Part shown: in pieces, positions 23,318 through 33,320 of the stretch
How positions within the stretch are numbered: position 1 is the stretch's first letter
Layout: each line of letters starts with the position of its first letter
Notes under the pieces: model-generated
Told to the model about the DNA's origin: nothing
What the model saw: only the letters and a program-made list of their open reading frames with translations
Database searches by the model: none
Made by a program: the position numbers and the translations under genes
From: an uncultured Pseudomonadota bacterium
GTDB lineage: Bacteria > Pseudomonadota > Alphaproteobacteria > RF32 > CAG-239
DNA: 64,000 nt
Assembly: GCA_949295085.1 (NCBI GenBank)
Contig: CASFJS010000004.1
Coordinates: 13,372-77,371, forward strand
Reading direction: 5' to 3'

Positions 23318-24194
23318 GATATATCTGCGCCCGATAGTCTATCCCGGGGATGATAAAATAACTTATTGCCTGCCGCAGGAAGAAGCTGATAAGGCCTTTG
23401 CCGCCGGTTTGCCGGAAATTGAATTGGAAGGCGTTGCGGCAAAGTCTTCCGCGCCGAAAATAGCCGTCATTCTGACCCGCGACCAACATCCGGATCGTCA
23501 ATTACCTGATTACTCTTTACCTTTGGCAACGGCGGAGGCTGTCACGCTTTCCGGCGGAAAAATATGTCCGGTAGGCTATGACAAGGTTGCCGGACAATTG
23601 GCGGCCATTCATCCGGATGGTGTTTTCCTGCCCGGCGGTGTGTTTGACGTACCGCTTGATTGGGAAGAAAACGAACCGGAACATCCGGTTGATTTGCGGC
23701 GTTTCAATGTGTACAGAGAAGTTATCGATTATGCCAAAGAACACAAATTACCCTTGCTGGCGGTTTGCGGCGGCATGCAGGTTTTGGCATGCTGTTTTGG
23801 CGCCAAGATTGGCCGCATTGAGGGACATCGTACAAATATCAAAGATTTTGCGCACAAAATGGAAATTAAACAAAACAGCTTGCTGCAAAAAATTACCGGA
23901 GCATCCGAGATGGAGGTCAACTCCTGGCACACCTGGGCGGTAAGCAAAGATAACATCGGCAATAACCTGGCTCATACATCTCCGGATGGCATTGTTGAGG
24001 CAATTGAACCGGTCAATCCATGGCATCCGTTTGTTTTGGGTATTCAGTCGCACCCCGAATATTTTGTAAAAAAAGGTTATGCCGCCGCGGATAAAATATT
24101 CAAAAGTTTTATCAAAGCAGCCGAAGAAAAAGCCCTTTCCAAACAAAAGTCAGCGTTTAGCATGTTAACGGAAAAGGGTATAAGTCGTGGGTGA
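23289..24194 (+). CDS. Peptidase C26 / gamma-glutamyl hydrolase family (class I glutamine amidotransferase)
   Basis: LPGG, AVCGGMQ nucleophile, VNSWH, GIQSHPE. Confidence 0.85.
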   Translation: MSRFQNFTGKIYLRPIVYPGDDKITYCLPQEEADKAFAAGLPEIELEGVAAKSSAPKIAVILTRDQHPDRQLPDYSLPLATAEAVTLSGGKICPVGYDKVAGQLAAIHPDGVFLPGGVFDVPLDWEENEPEHPVDLRRFNVYREVIDYAKEHKLPLLAVCGGMQVLACCFGAKIGRIEGHRTNIKDFAHKMEIKQNSLLQKITGASEMEVNSWHTWAVSKDNIGNNLAHTSPDGIVEAIEPVNPWHPFVLGIQSHPEYFVKKGYAAADKIFKSFIKAAEEKALSKQKSAFSMLTEKGISRG

Positions 24195-24804
24195 AGACTT
24201 AATCGAGATAAAAACCGACACACACTTTGTGGTCGATTTAATGTATGCCGGCACCACGCACAATATGACCGGACAGCCGGTGTATCAGGAAATTGGACTG
24301 GGTAATCATGCTTATGTTCACAAAGATTTATGGTTTTGTTTGCAAAAATTGATACCTTATCTGGATAAAACCGGTCGTCGGCTCAAAATTTACGAGGCTT
24401 TTCGTCCGGTGGCAGCACATAAATTGTTGTTTGCGGCCATCCCGCAAGACGGCTTTTTTGTTCCCGAGGCAGAACGTTCGCCGCATTGCCGGGCTGCGGC
24501 GGTTGATGTGGCGTTGCTTGAGGCAGACGGTGTGGAGCTGGTTTATCCGACCAAAGTTGATGCTTATGATGAAAATTTTGCCAAAGAAGTCCAATCCGGG
24601 CATTTGGAAAGTTTTTTCAAATATCTGCAAAAAGCCACGCTTGACTATCAAGATGCCTCAATACCGGAAGCTATTCACAATCGTGACGAGTTATACCGTC
24701 TTATGCAGAGTATCGGTTTGGTTCCGGTGCCCCGGCGTCATGAATGGTGGCATTACGAGCTGCCGGCTGCCCGTACGGACAAATATCCGCTGATTGAATT
24801 TTAA
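24187..24804 (+). CDS. D-Ala-D-Ala dipeptidase (VanX/DdpX, M15D)
   Basis: YEAFRP, SPHCRAAAVD (SxHxxxxxxD), EWWHY. Confidence 0.88.
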   Translation: MGEDLIEIKTDTHFVVDLMYAGTTHNMTGQPVYQEIGLGNHAYVHKDLWFCLQKLIPYLDKTGRRLKIYEAFRPVAAHKLLFAAIPQDGFFVPEAERSPHCRAAAVDVALLEADGVELVYPTKVDAYDENFAKEVQSGHLESFFKYLQKATLDYQDASIPEAIHNRDELYRLMQSIGLVPVPRRHEWWHYELPAARTDKYPLIEF

Positions 24805-25430
24805 ATAACCCCCATTTTTTGAGCGCGAATAACGGCTTGTGTGCGGTTGGTCGCGCCAACGGCACGCAAAAGAGCATTAATATGCAGCTTGACGGTAGCT
24901 TCCGATACGTCCATTTGGTAAGCAATTTGCTTATTGGATAATCCTTGAGACAAATATTTTAAAACTTCAAATTGGCGGTTGGTCAGTTTTTTGCCGTTGG
25001 CAAGATTCATTTTATCGGCGGCCTGTTTAAGCAGCGCCGGCGGAAAATAAGTTGCACCGTTTAAGATCAGGCCGAGTGCCGAATTAAGCACTTTGGTATC
25101 AATGTCTTTCGGCAGATAACAACAAACGCCAAGATTAAGCGCTCGCTTAATGGCGTGAATATTTTCCGAAGATGAAATAATGCCGATTCTGATATCCGGC
25201 GCGTATTCCTTAATACTTTTTATGCTGTCTTCCCAGTCTGTCTTTGTCATATTAAGATCGGTCAACAATAAATCGGTATCAGGTTCTTTTTTCAAAAGCT
25301 CCAAGAGTTCCGCAAAAGAAGCGGCCTCCGATAAGGTTGCCTCGGGCAGTATTTTATCAAGGTTCAGTCTTAAGCCGTCTCGGTAGAGTGCATGGTCGTC
25401 CGCAATTATAATTTTCATTGTCGTCTCCAT
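24801..25430 (-). CDS. NarL/LuxR family response regulator
   Basis: IADDH receiver domain, GLSNKQIA..SEATVKLH HTH. Confidence 0.92.
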   Translation of the reverse strand: METTMKIIIADDHALYRDGLRLNLDKILPEATLSEAASFAELLELLKKEPDTDLLLTDLNMTKTDWEDSIKSIKEYAPDIRIGIISSSENIHAIKRALNLGVCCYLPKDIDTKVLNSALGLILNGATYFPPALLKQAADKMNLANGKKLTNRQFEVLKYLSQGLSNKQIAYQMDVSEATVKLHINALLRAVGATNRTQAVIRAQKMGVI

Positions 25431-25514
25431 AACTAAAATCTTCGGATTTTTGCGTCCAAACCGATTACCGAAAATATATGATCAAAAAGTCATATTTAAA
25501 GCTTTCTAATTTAT

Positions 25515-25970
25515 TTATTGCAAATAAAGACAATCCACGCCGGCCTCTTTAAGCATTTGTTCGGAATAAGCCACTTTATCGCGCCAGGTTCCGGCCGGCT
25601 GGCCTTCCTGAGGTTCAAACTTGTAGGTTACCACCATTTTGATGCCGGATTGGATGATTGCCCGCGCGCAGTCAGGGCAGGGCATGGAGGTCACATAAAT
25701 GATACAGCCTTTGAGCGAGGCACCGATAAGACAGGCATTATACACGGCATTACGCTCGGCATGCTCAAAGAAATCATATTTGGTCGGGCGCTCAAGCCTT
25801 TCGGGAATATCGTCGCTCACGCCGCGGACAATACCGTTGTAGCCGGTGGAGCGTATTTCGCGATCAGGTCCGACGACAATGGCGCCGACCTTGGTTGACG
25901 GATCCTTTGACCAACTGGCAACCAGCCTGGCCATTTCCATAAAACGATAGTGCCATTTATCCGAAAACAT
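25515..25970 (-). CDS. dCMP deaminase family protein
   Basis: WSKDPSTKVGA, GYNG, HAERNA, PCPDC. Confidence 0.92.
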   Translation of the reverse strand: MFSDKWHYRFMEMARLVASWSKDPSTKVGAIVVGPDREIRSTGYNGIVRGVSDDIPERLERPTKYDFFEHAERNAVYNACLIGASLKGCIIYVTSMPCPDCARAIIQSGIKMVVTYKFEPQEGQPAGTWRDKVAYSEQMLKEAGVDCLYLQ

Positions 25971-26042
25971 GTGCCTACTCCCCAAAATATGATTGACATT
26001 ATTATAAAAATGAAAGATTTTAGAGGCAACACTTTTTTGTAA

Positions 26043-27341
<1,299 letters not shown>

Positions 27342-27372
27342 GGCTTAAAGCCCGTAAAAAAAGGCCCCTTTT

Positions 27373-27402
27373 TGAACTGTCCAACTTTCCGGGGACAGTT
27401 CA
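27373..27402. repeat. 30-bp palindromic element, left border of island
   Basis: tgaactgtcc-aactttccgg-ggacagttca; exact reverse complement of 33321-33350. Confidence 0.92.
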
Positions 27403-27495
27403 TAAGGCCGGGGAGCTTTTAGCGTATGCAATAGGAATCCTCGGATTCTAAAGGCTAAAAGAATCATTTTGCGAAATGTGATTTACGAACTCTCC

Positions 27496-27526
27496 GACCA
27501 CCTTAGTGCTTAGGTGGTCTTTTTTT
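27496..27526 (+). terminator. Intrinsic terminator-like hairpin upstream of the SLOG gene
   Basis: gaccacct-tagtgctt-aggtggtc followed by T7. Confidence 0.7.
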
Positions 27527-27985
27527 ATGGAGATTTATTATTTATGGGGAAAATATGCGCTTTTTTTCGGACATAGAAATGTCTATGGCAATATTGACCA
27601 AGAATTGGAAAAGCAAGTAGAAAAGCTCATAATTCAGGAAAATATTGATACGTTTTGGATCGGCGGTTATGGTGAATTTGATAAATTAGCTTCTCGAACA
27701 GTTAGAAAAATGCAGGAAAAATATCCTGTAATACGGTTAATATTGATTATTGCTTATGCAGGGCAACTCCACCGCTTCGGAGATGAATTTCCTTTTGATG
27801 GTTTTGATTATCCTCCTGAAGCTGAAAATGCACCACAAAAATTTGCCATCTCGGCCAGAAATCATTATATGGCTGAAAATTGCGATATGGTTATCTCTCA
27901 TATTGTACATGATTATGGCGGGGCCTATGACGCCGTTAGAACTGCTAAAAGTAAAGGTAAAATTATAATAAATTTAGTTAAATAA
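27527..27985 (+). CDS. SLOG superfamily (YspA/DUF1273-like) protein, 5' end possibly frameshifted
   Basis: FFGHR, GGYGEFD, AISARNHYM, GGAYDAV..A...GK.IIN. Confidence 0.75.
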   Translation: MEIYYLWGKYALFFGHRNVYGNIDQELEKQVEKLIIQENIDTFWIGGYGEFDKLASRTVRKMQEKYPVIRLILIIAYAGQLHRFGDEFPFDGFDYPPEAENAPQKFAISARNHYMAENCDMVISHIVHDYGGAYDAVRTAKSKGKIIINLVK

Positions 27986-28169
27986 ATATAAAATCTCTCC
28001 AAATAAGAAACTTAAAAAATATATACATTGACTTGCTATAAAAAATCGGCTTAGACTTTAATATAAAATAAATCAATATGGAAATTTTGACATTATAGTT
28101 TATTTTAATATTAGCTAATGGAGTTTTGAACGAGAAGCAAGTAAAAACTATTATAATTAGGAGTTGTCG

Positions 28170-29162
28170 ATGATTTATCCAAATAAATTAAAGCCCGGAT
28201 CTCATATTCGAGTTATTGCGCCATCAAGAAGTTTCAAAATTATTTCAGAAGAAACACGCGAAATTGCGAAAAAACGTTTTGCAGATATGGGAATTTCGGT
28301 AAGTTATTCCAAACATTGTGATGAAATTGACGATTTTGTTTCATCATCAATTGCTTCAAGACTTGAAGATTTGCATGAAGCGTTTGCGGATAAAAGCGTT
28401 GACGGTATTTTAACAGCTATTGGCGGGTTTAATACTAATCAGTTAATTGATAAAATTGATTATACTCTTATTAAAAACAATCCTAAAATTTTATGTGGAT
28501 TTTCAGATATTACTTGCCTTTGCCATGCCATAACAGCAAAGACAGATGTTGTAACCTATTCTGGTCCGCATTTTTCAAGTTTTGGAATGCTTTATGGTTT
28601 TGATTATACATTGGACTATTTTAAAAAGTGTCTAATTGAGAGCAAGCCTTATCAGGTTGTCCCGGCCAAAGAGTTTAGCAATGATGAATGGTTTATGGAT
28701 CAAGAGAAACGTAATTTTACACCCAATAGTGGCTTTTGGATCATTAACAAAGGAAAAGGGAGTGAATTTGAGGGAAAATTAGTTGGCGGGCATGTTCGTT
28801 GTCTGAGTTCATTGCAAGGTACAGAATTTTGGCCGTCTTTGGAAAATACTATTTTGTTTTTAGAAGAAGATGAGGAAACAAACGCCGTTTTATTCGATCG
28901 TTTGTTGCAATCGTTAATTCATCAAGCAGATTTTAAACATGTTAAGGCGTTAATTATTGGCCGTTTCAAACCAGAATCAAAAATTGACAGAAATTTGCTT
29001 GAACAAATCATTCATACCAAAGAAGCCTTGAAAGAGTTACCTGTAATTGCCAATTTTGATATTGGACACTCGACTCCGATTATTACCTATCCAATCGGGG
29101 GACGGATTTCTCTTAAAATGCGGGAAGACGAGTTGCCAGCTATTGAAATACTGGAGCATTAA
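28170..29162 (+). CDS. S66 peptidase, MccF-like (microcin C self-immunity / LD-carboxypeptidase family)
   Basis: LKPG..IRVIAPS, IGGFN, CGFSDIT (Ser), LFLEED (Glu), DIGHS.P (His). Confidence 0.9.
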   Translation: MIYPNKLKPGSHIRVIAPSRSFKIISEETREIAKKRFADMGISVSYSKHCDEIDDFVSSSIASRLEDLHEAFADKSVDGILTAIGGFNTNQLIDKIDYTLIKNNPKILCGFSDITCLCHAITAKTDVVTYSGPHFSSFGMLYGFDYTLDYFKKCLIESKPYQVVPAKEFSNDEWFMDQEKRNFTPNSGFWIINKGKGSEFEGKLVGGHVRCLSSLQGTEFWPSLENTILFLEEDEETNAVLFDRLLQSLIHQADFKHVKALIIGRFKPESKIDRNLLEQIIHTKEALKELPVIANFDIGHSTPIITYPIGGRISLKMREDELPAIEILEH

Positions 29163-29196
29163 AAAAATAGCGGGAAGTTTACTTCCCGCTATTTTT
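29163..29196. terminator. Bidirectional terminator
   Basis: aaaaatagcgggaagt-tt-acttcccgctattttt between convergent genes. Confidence 0.85.
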
Positions 29197-30307
29197 ATCT
29201 TGATAATTTATTTTGTGTTAATGTAAAGATTATTGAATTGGAAGAGTTCTCTCCTGTTTGCTTTTGCTGGTTTTCTATAACTTCTGTATTTGATTTTTGA
29301 TTTTGAGATGTTGGACATATAAAATCCATAATTTTTTGAGTATACTCTCCTTTATTAGATCCGTACTCTAATAATTCGTATTGATGTAGTGTCTTTCTTA
29401 ACACCTCTTTGGGAAGATTGGTTTTATCGGCACATGCTTTCATTATCTCAAGATATTTTTTCATTAGACGATTGGTGTTGCCCTTATTAGACGGTTCCAA
29501 TCCATCATTATATAAAGCCATGCTCGTTACAATCGTGTCTTCCATTTTTACTCGGATATTAGGATTTTGAATGTATTTATCTAATCCTAATACGGGGTGG
29601 CAATCCATAACATGATTTAATCCATAAATCTGTTTTAGTACCGTAGAGCTTCCTAAGGCAATCTCTATTCCGAGCTGCTTATCCTGATTTTCTAAAATAA
29701 TAACATTTCCAATATCTGAAAACGTATCTTTTCCATAATCACGCAAAGCGAGATTAAAATTGCGTCCCCAAACACCATCAATACCAAGTTTATGACGATA
29801 ATATTTAGGCTGCATAGTGTCTATTTCAAACATTTCAGATTTAAACATACTATGAGCCAAATCCATCAAATCAGTATCTCTGGCACTAATACGAATTTTT
29901 ATGTCATTAGGATCAATATTCCATTGTTCTTGGATAAAGCTGTAAGTCTGTTTTGTAATATCTTCCAGCCGTTCCGGTTTAGTCAGTATTCCAAGACTTG
30001 GAAAATACGATCCCCAATTCGGATAAAAATCATCATTTTCATAATTTTTTAAATTTCGAGTACGAATACAGGGCTGCGACATAACATAACCGCCAGCAGG
30101 AATACTGTCATTCAAAAAATAAGGCTTTAAAACACTGATGTGCGAACCAATAAAACGAACAGATGGATCTATTCCGGACGATATTTTAACAGGGTCATGT
30201 TTTATACAAGAACGGTCCTGAAAATAGGTTAGAAAACCGTCAATCATATTTTGCATATGAAAATGACTTTCTTTCCTGTTGAAATCTGGCATATCTTTTA
30301 TTTTCAT
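29195..30307 (-). CDS. Stand-alone alanyl-tRNA synthetase catalytic-core-like protein
   Basis: FLTYFQ..DPSVRF..LKPYFL..SQPCIRT, DIGNVII, IEIALG, DGLEPSNKG follow the AlaRS core motif order; no editing or C-Ala domain. Confidence 0.72.
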   Translation of the reverse strand: MKIKDMPDFNRKESHFHMQNMIDGFLTYFQDRSCIKHDPVKISSGIDPSVRFIGSHISVLKPYFLNDSIPAGGYVMSQPCIRTRNLKNYENDDFYPNWGSYFPSLGILTKPERLEDITKQTYSFIQEQWNIDPNDIKIRISARDTDLMDLAHSMFKSEMFEIDTMQPKYYRHKLGIDGVWGRNFNLALRDYGKDTFSDIGNVIILENQDKQLGIEIALGSSTVLKQIYGLNHVMDCHPVLGLDKYIQNPNIRVKMEDTIVTSMALYNDGLEPSNKGNTNRLMKKYLEIMKACADKTNLPKEVLRKTLHQYELLEYGSNKGEYTQKIMDFICPTSQNQKSNTEVIENQQKQTGENSSNSIIFTLTQNKLSR

Positions 30308-30317
30308 TTTTTTTATC

Positions 30318-31130
30318 CTATTTTTTACCGTAACCCGACTTAAACTGGGCCATTATTAAGACGTTATTATGATCATGCTGTTTGAACAGTTTAGCCATTT
30401 GGACAATTCTTGTTCCGTACTTTTGACGTCCTTCTGCTGTCATGCCAATTTTCCAATTCCATTCCGGTGTTTTGCACTGTTCACTTAAAGCTTCACGCAG
30501 GAATTGAGATGGGATTCTTGGTGTTACCAGCCTTTCCGGGAAGAATAGCTGCGTATTATCTGAACTTTTTAGATAAAAATAAGATTCAACCGAAGTACGA
30601 GCAGAATCTTCATATATGACGTTATCTTTGATAAAATCTACTAAATTACGATTCCCGGAATATTGAGTTTCAAATTCTGAAATATTCCGTGATGATCCGT
30701 CATAATCAAGCAACTGAACATTCTTTTGTTTGAAAAAGTTATCCATATCATCTGTATCACATTTAACATTTGGAATAAAATGTAAATGTGCATGAAATAT
30801 TGATTTAATATGTGGCGGCGTATTTAATTCTTCCGCCTTACTTGTTCCATGCTCAAACATAATAAAATTTTCTGATTTTGTTGTATTCTCCAAACGATCC
30901 AATATATAACCTACTTCTCGTCCTTGAGCGTCATTAAATTCTGCAAATGTGTTAATATGTTCTTTAGGGAGAATAATAATATGATTGGGAGCAATCGGAA
31001 ATTTATCTGGAATAACCTTAAAGCTCTTAGTTTCAAATAAAGTTACATTACTCTGTAATTCTGGATATTGCTCTTTGATATTTTGAAATTCATCTTTCAA
31101 ACCATCACATAAAACGCAATTTTTTATCAT
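30318..31130 (-). CDS. HIT family hydrolase
   Basis: N-terminal CVLC, HIIILPKEH, FEHG, HAHLHFIP histidine triad. Confidence 0.85.
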   Translation of the reverse strand: MIKNCVLCDGLKDEFQNIKEQYPELQSNVTLFETKSFKVIPDKFPIAPNHIIILPKEHINTFAEFNDAQGREVGYILDRLENTTKSENFIMFEHGTSKAEELNTPPHIKSIFHAHLHFIPNVKCDTDDMDNFFKQKNVQLLDYDGSSRNISEFETQYSGNRNLVDFIKDNVIYEDSARTSVESYFYLKSSDNTQLFFPERLVTPRIPSQFLREALSEQCKTPEWNWKIGMTAEGRQKYGTRIVQMAKLFKQHDHNNVLIMAQFKSGYGKK

Positions 31131-31732
31131 AAACTCGCCCCTCCAATGGCGTTTTTTGAGAATTTCATATAATAACCATTTTGTTTTTTACGAACATGAT
31201 TAGCATGTTTTATAATTTGGAAAGCTGCCTCTGTTGCTGACAACTTAGTTACATCTAAGCGTAAAAGATTTGGATGTTCTATCTCTGGCAACCCCAAGTT
31301 CGCAATTTGCTGAACTACATCCGGATTTATTGTTTTTAAAAACTTTTTCCGAAAAGGGTTGGCGATTCTTTTCTTGTTCTCTTTTACATCACACAGTAAC
31401 ATTACAGGAACGAATAAAGCCTGCCGTGTATTGGCAAGCTTTTCAACTGGTTTATAATATGAATTTTCTTCCCCTAGGGAAATTACATTTGTAAATATAA
31501 AAGATTCACCTTTAGGACAAATTTCTCCCATGGCTTCAAGAACAATATTACGCACCTTTAGTCGATATTCTTCATGTTTGGGATGGGAATAATTTTTTGA
31601 TACTGAAAAAATCGCATTTGTATACGAATGATTGTCAACTAAAGTGAATGATTGTTTTTTCTGGATTTCCTTTGCAATGGTTTGCTTTCCCACGCCTGGA
31701 CCTCCGATTAAATAAATGATTGTATTCCTCAT
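31127..31732 (-). CDS. P-loop small-molecule/nucleotide kinase
   Basis: IIYLIGGPGVGKQT Walker A, LVDNH, RIANPFR lid, LDVTKLS. Confidence 0.78.
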   Translation of the reverse strand: MRNTIIYLIGGPGVGKQTIAKEIQKKQSFTLVDNHSYTNAIFSVSKNYSHPKHEEYRLKVRNIVLEAMGEICPKGESFIFTNVISLGEENSYYKPVEKLANTRQALFVPVMLLCDVKENKKRIANPFRKKFLKTINPDVVQQIANLGLPEIEHPNLLRLDVTKLSATEAAFQIIKHANHVRKKQNGYYMKFSKNAIGGASL

Positions 31733-31792
31733 TTTAACCTTTATGCAAAATTAACATTGCGGCAATCAATTGACTTAATTTTGACAAAATAT

Positions 31793-31816
31793 TTAGGGAA
31801 ACAACATGATCTTCAT
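31793..31816 (-). CDS. Candidate 7-codon ORF (MKIMLFP)
   Basis: AAAGGA 10 nt upstream of ATG; lies between the predicted promoter and the kinase gene. Confidence 0.3.
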   Translation of the reverse strand: MKIMLFP

Positions 31817-31874
31817 CAAAATTATTTCCTTTAATTGTCTTGTTTTCTGCGCCTTTTGATTATTATCGGTTGTT

Positions 31875-31903
31875 AATATATCATTAACCATTATCGTGGT
31901 CAA
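31875..31903 (-). promoter_or_regulatory. Sigma70-like promoter for the kinase-HIT-AlaRS-like operon
   Basis: TTGACC-N17-TATATT on minus strand. Confidence 0.6.
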
Positions 31904-31921
31904 TATTTTTTTGACAAAATG

Positions 31922-31950
31922 TTGACTTTTCCCGATAAGAATGTTAGTGT
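31922..31950 (+). promoter_or_regulatory. Sigma70-like promoter for the radical SAM gene
   Basis: TTGACT-N17-TAGTGT with extended -10 TG. Confidence 0.45.
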
Positions 31951-31991
31951 TAATTGTTTTCCATTAAAAATTACCAGTTCAAGGATAAAAA

Positions 31992-33248
31992 ATGCAAGCA
32001 ACAAACTTATTCAGTCGCACAGTTCCATGTAAAAAAGAGCTAATTAAAGAAGATACCTCTGCTTATTTGGGAACGGAAACATATTCTATTATGAAAAATA
32101 GCTTATTACGCATATCCCCCAATGGAACTCTTGCAATTTCAGGAAAAACAATAAATAGTGTTTTATTCTTAGACAATGAAATGGTTGAGCTTCTTCAACA
32201 ACCGACTTTCACGTTGAATGGAATGCCGCAGTCCGTCGTTCAGAATTTATTAAGCCATGAACTAATAGAACAAACCGACAGGCCTAATTCTTTTAAAAAA
32301 GTCCATTGTCTAAATAACGCCTTGCCATATTATGGCAGAATTGAAATTACCGACGCTTGCCAATGTGATTGTGATATTTGTTATAAAGCGGGAATTCCTA
32401 CTCCTCCACCATCTCTGGATATTCTGAAAAAACGAATCAAGCATTTAAGAAAGCTGGGAATTACCAGACTTGAAATTTTAGGCGGCGAACCATTGCTCAG
32501 AAAAGATTTGCCTGAACTCTGTGATTTTGTAACTAAAGAAAACTTTTTATACACGATTGTAACTAACGGTGAGTATTTATCCTCGTTGGATAAAAGAGCC
32601 ATTAACTCATTAAAAAGCGCAAGTGATGTAATTATAAGTATTGACTCATACGGAGAATTACACGACAAAAGCAGAAAACGTCCGGGACTTTTTGCTAAAG
32701 ATATAGAGGGGATTCAGGTATTAAAAGAAAATGGTATCAACTGCTCTTTGTTATGTACTGTTAATCAGGATAATGAACCTGGCATTGACCAATTAGTCGA
32801 ATACCTAAAACCCTTTGAAGTTAATTTATTTATCCGGCCGACAATAATTGCCGGAGCTGCTGCTAACAACGAATTGCAAAATGTTGATATGCGCCGCATT
32901 TACGAAAAACACAAAAATAATCCGTACGTTTTTCATAATACCGTTCATTTAGCTGACAAAATTCCAGAATCAAAATATTATGGTTGCGATATTCGACAAC
33001 TGATTAATATTGATGTAAATGGCCGTCTACTAATTTGTCATATGGATCGTAAGCATAAAAAGGGGCCTATTGAGAAATATACTCCGGAAATGTTATTACA
33101 AGAATTGGATTTTACCCTGCGCTCACGCTTAAAAAAACAGGAAACCTGTAAGGATTGTGATGTTAACAGTTCATCAGAAGGAATTAAATGTGGGGGATTT
33201 TGCCAATTTTCAAATACTTTTATCAAAAATAAAATAAAAGAACGCTAA
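31992..33248 (+). CDS. Radical SAM protein with SPASM-like C-terminus and about 110-aa N-terminal extension
   Basis: CQCDCDIC (CxxxCxxC), GGEPLLR, VTNG, ISIDS, YGC...IC, CKDC..CGGFC. Confidence 0.9.
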   Translation: MQATNLFSRTVPCKKELIKEDTSAYLGTETYSIMKNSLLRISPNGTLAISGKTINSVLFLDNEMVELLQQPTFTLNGMPQSVVQNLLSHELIEQTDRPNSFKKVHCLNNALPYYGRIEITDACQCDCDICYKAGIPTPPPSLDILKKRIKHLRKLGITRLEILGGEPLLRKDLPELCDFVTKENFLYTIVTNGEYLSSLDKRAINSLKSASDVIISIDSYGELHDKSRKRPGLFAKDIEGIQVLKENGINCSLLCTVNQDNEPGIDQLVEYLKPFEVNLFIRPTIIAGAAANNELQNVDMRRIYEKHKNNPYVFHNTVHLADKIPESKYYGCDIRQLINIDVNGRLLICHMDRKHKKGPIEKYTPEMLLQELDFTLRSRLKKQETCKDCDVNSSSEGIKCGGFCQFSNTFIKNKIKER

Positions 33249-33320
33249 TTATGAATGGAAAATTTTATGATGAGCTATTTATAGGTCATTTAATATCTAT
33301 CAAAAAAAGCCTCTTAATTT

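Noticed and set aside
31734..31757. Second 7-codon ORF (MLILHKG) before the kinase
   Set aside because: No RBS; likely chance.
28170..33248. Canonical microcin C cluster
   Set aside because: No MccB/ThiF adenylase, no exporter and no Asn-terminated precursor seen.
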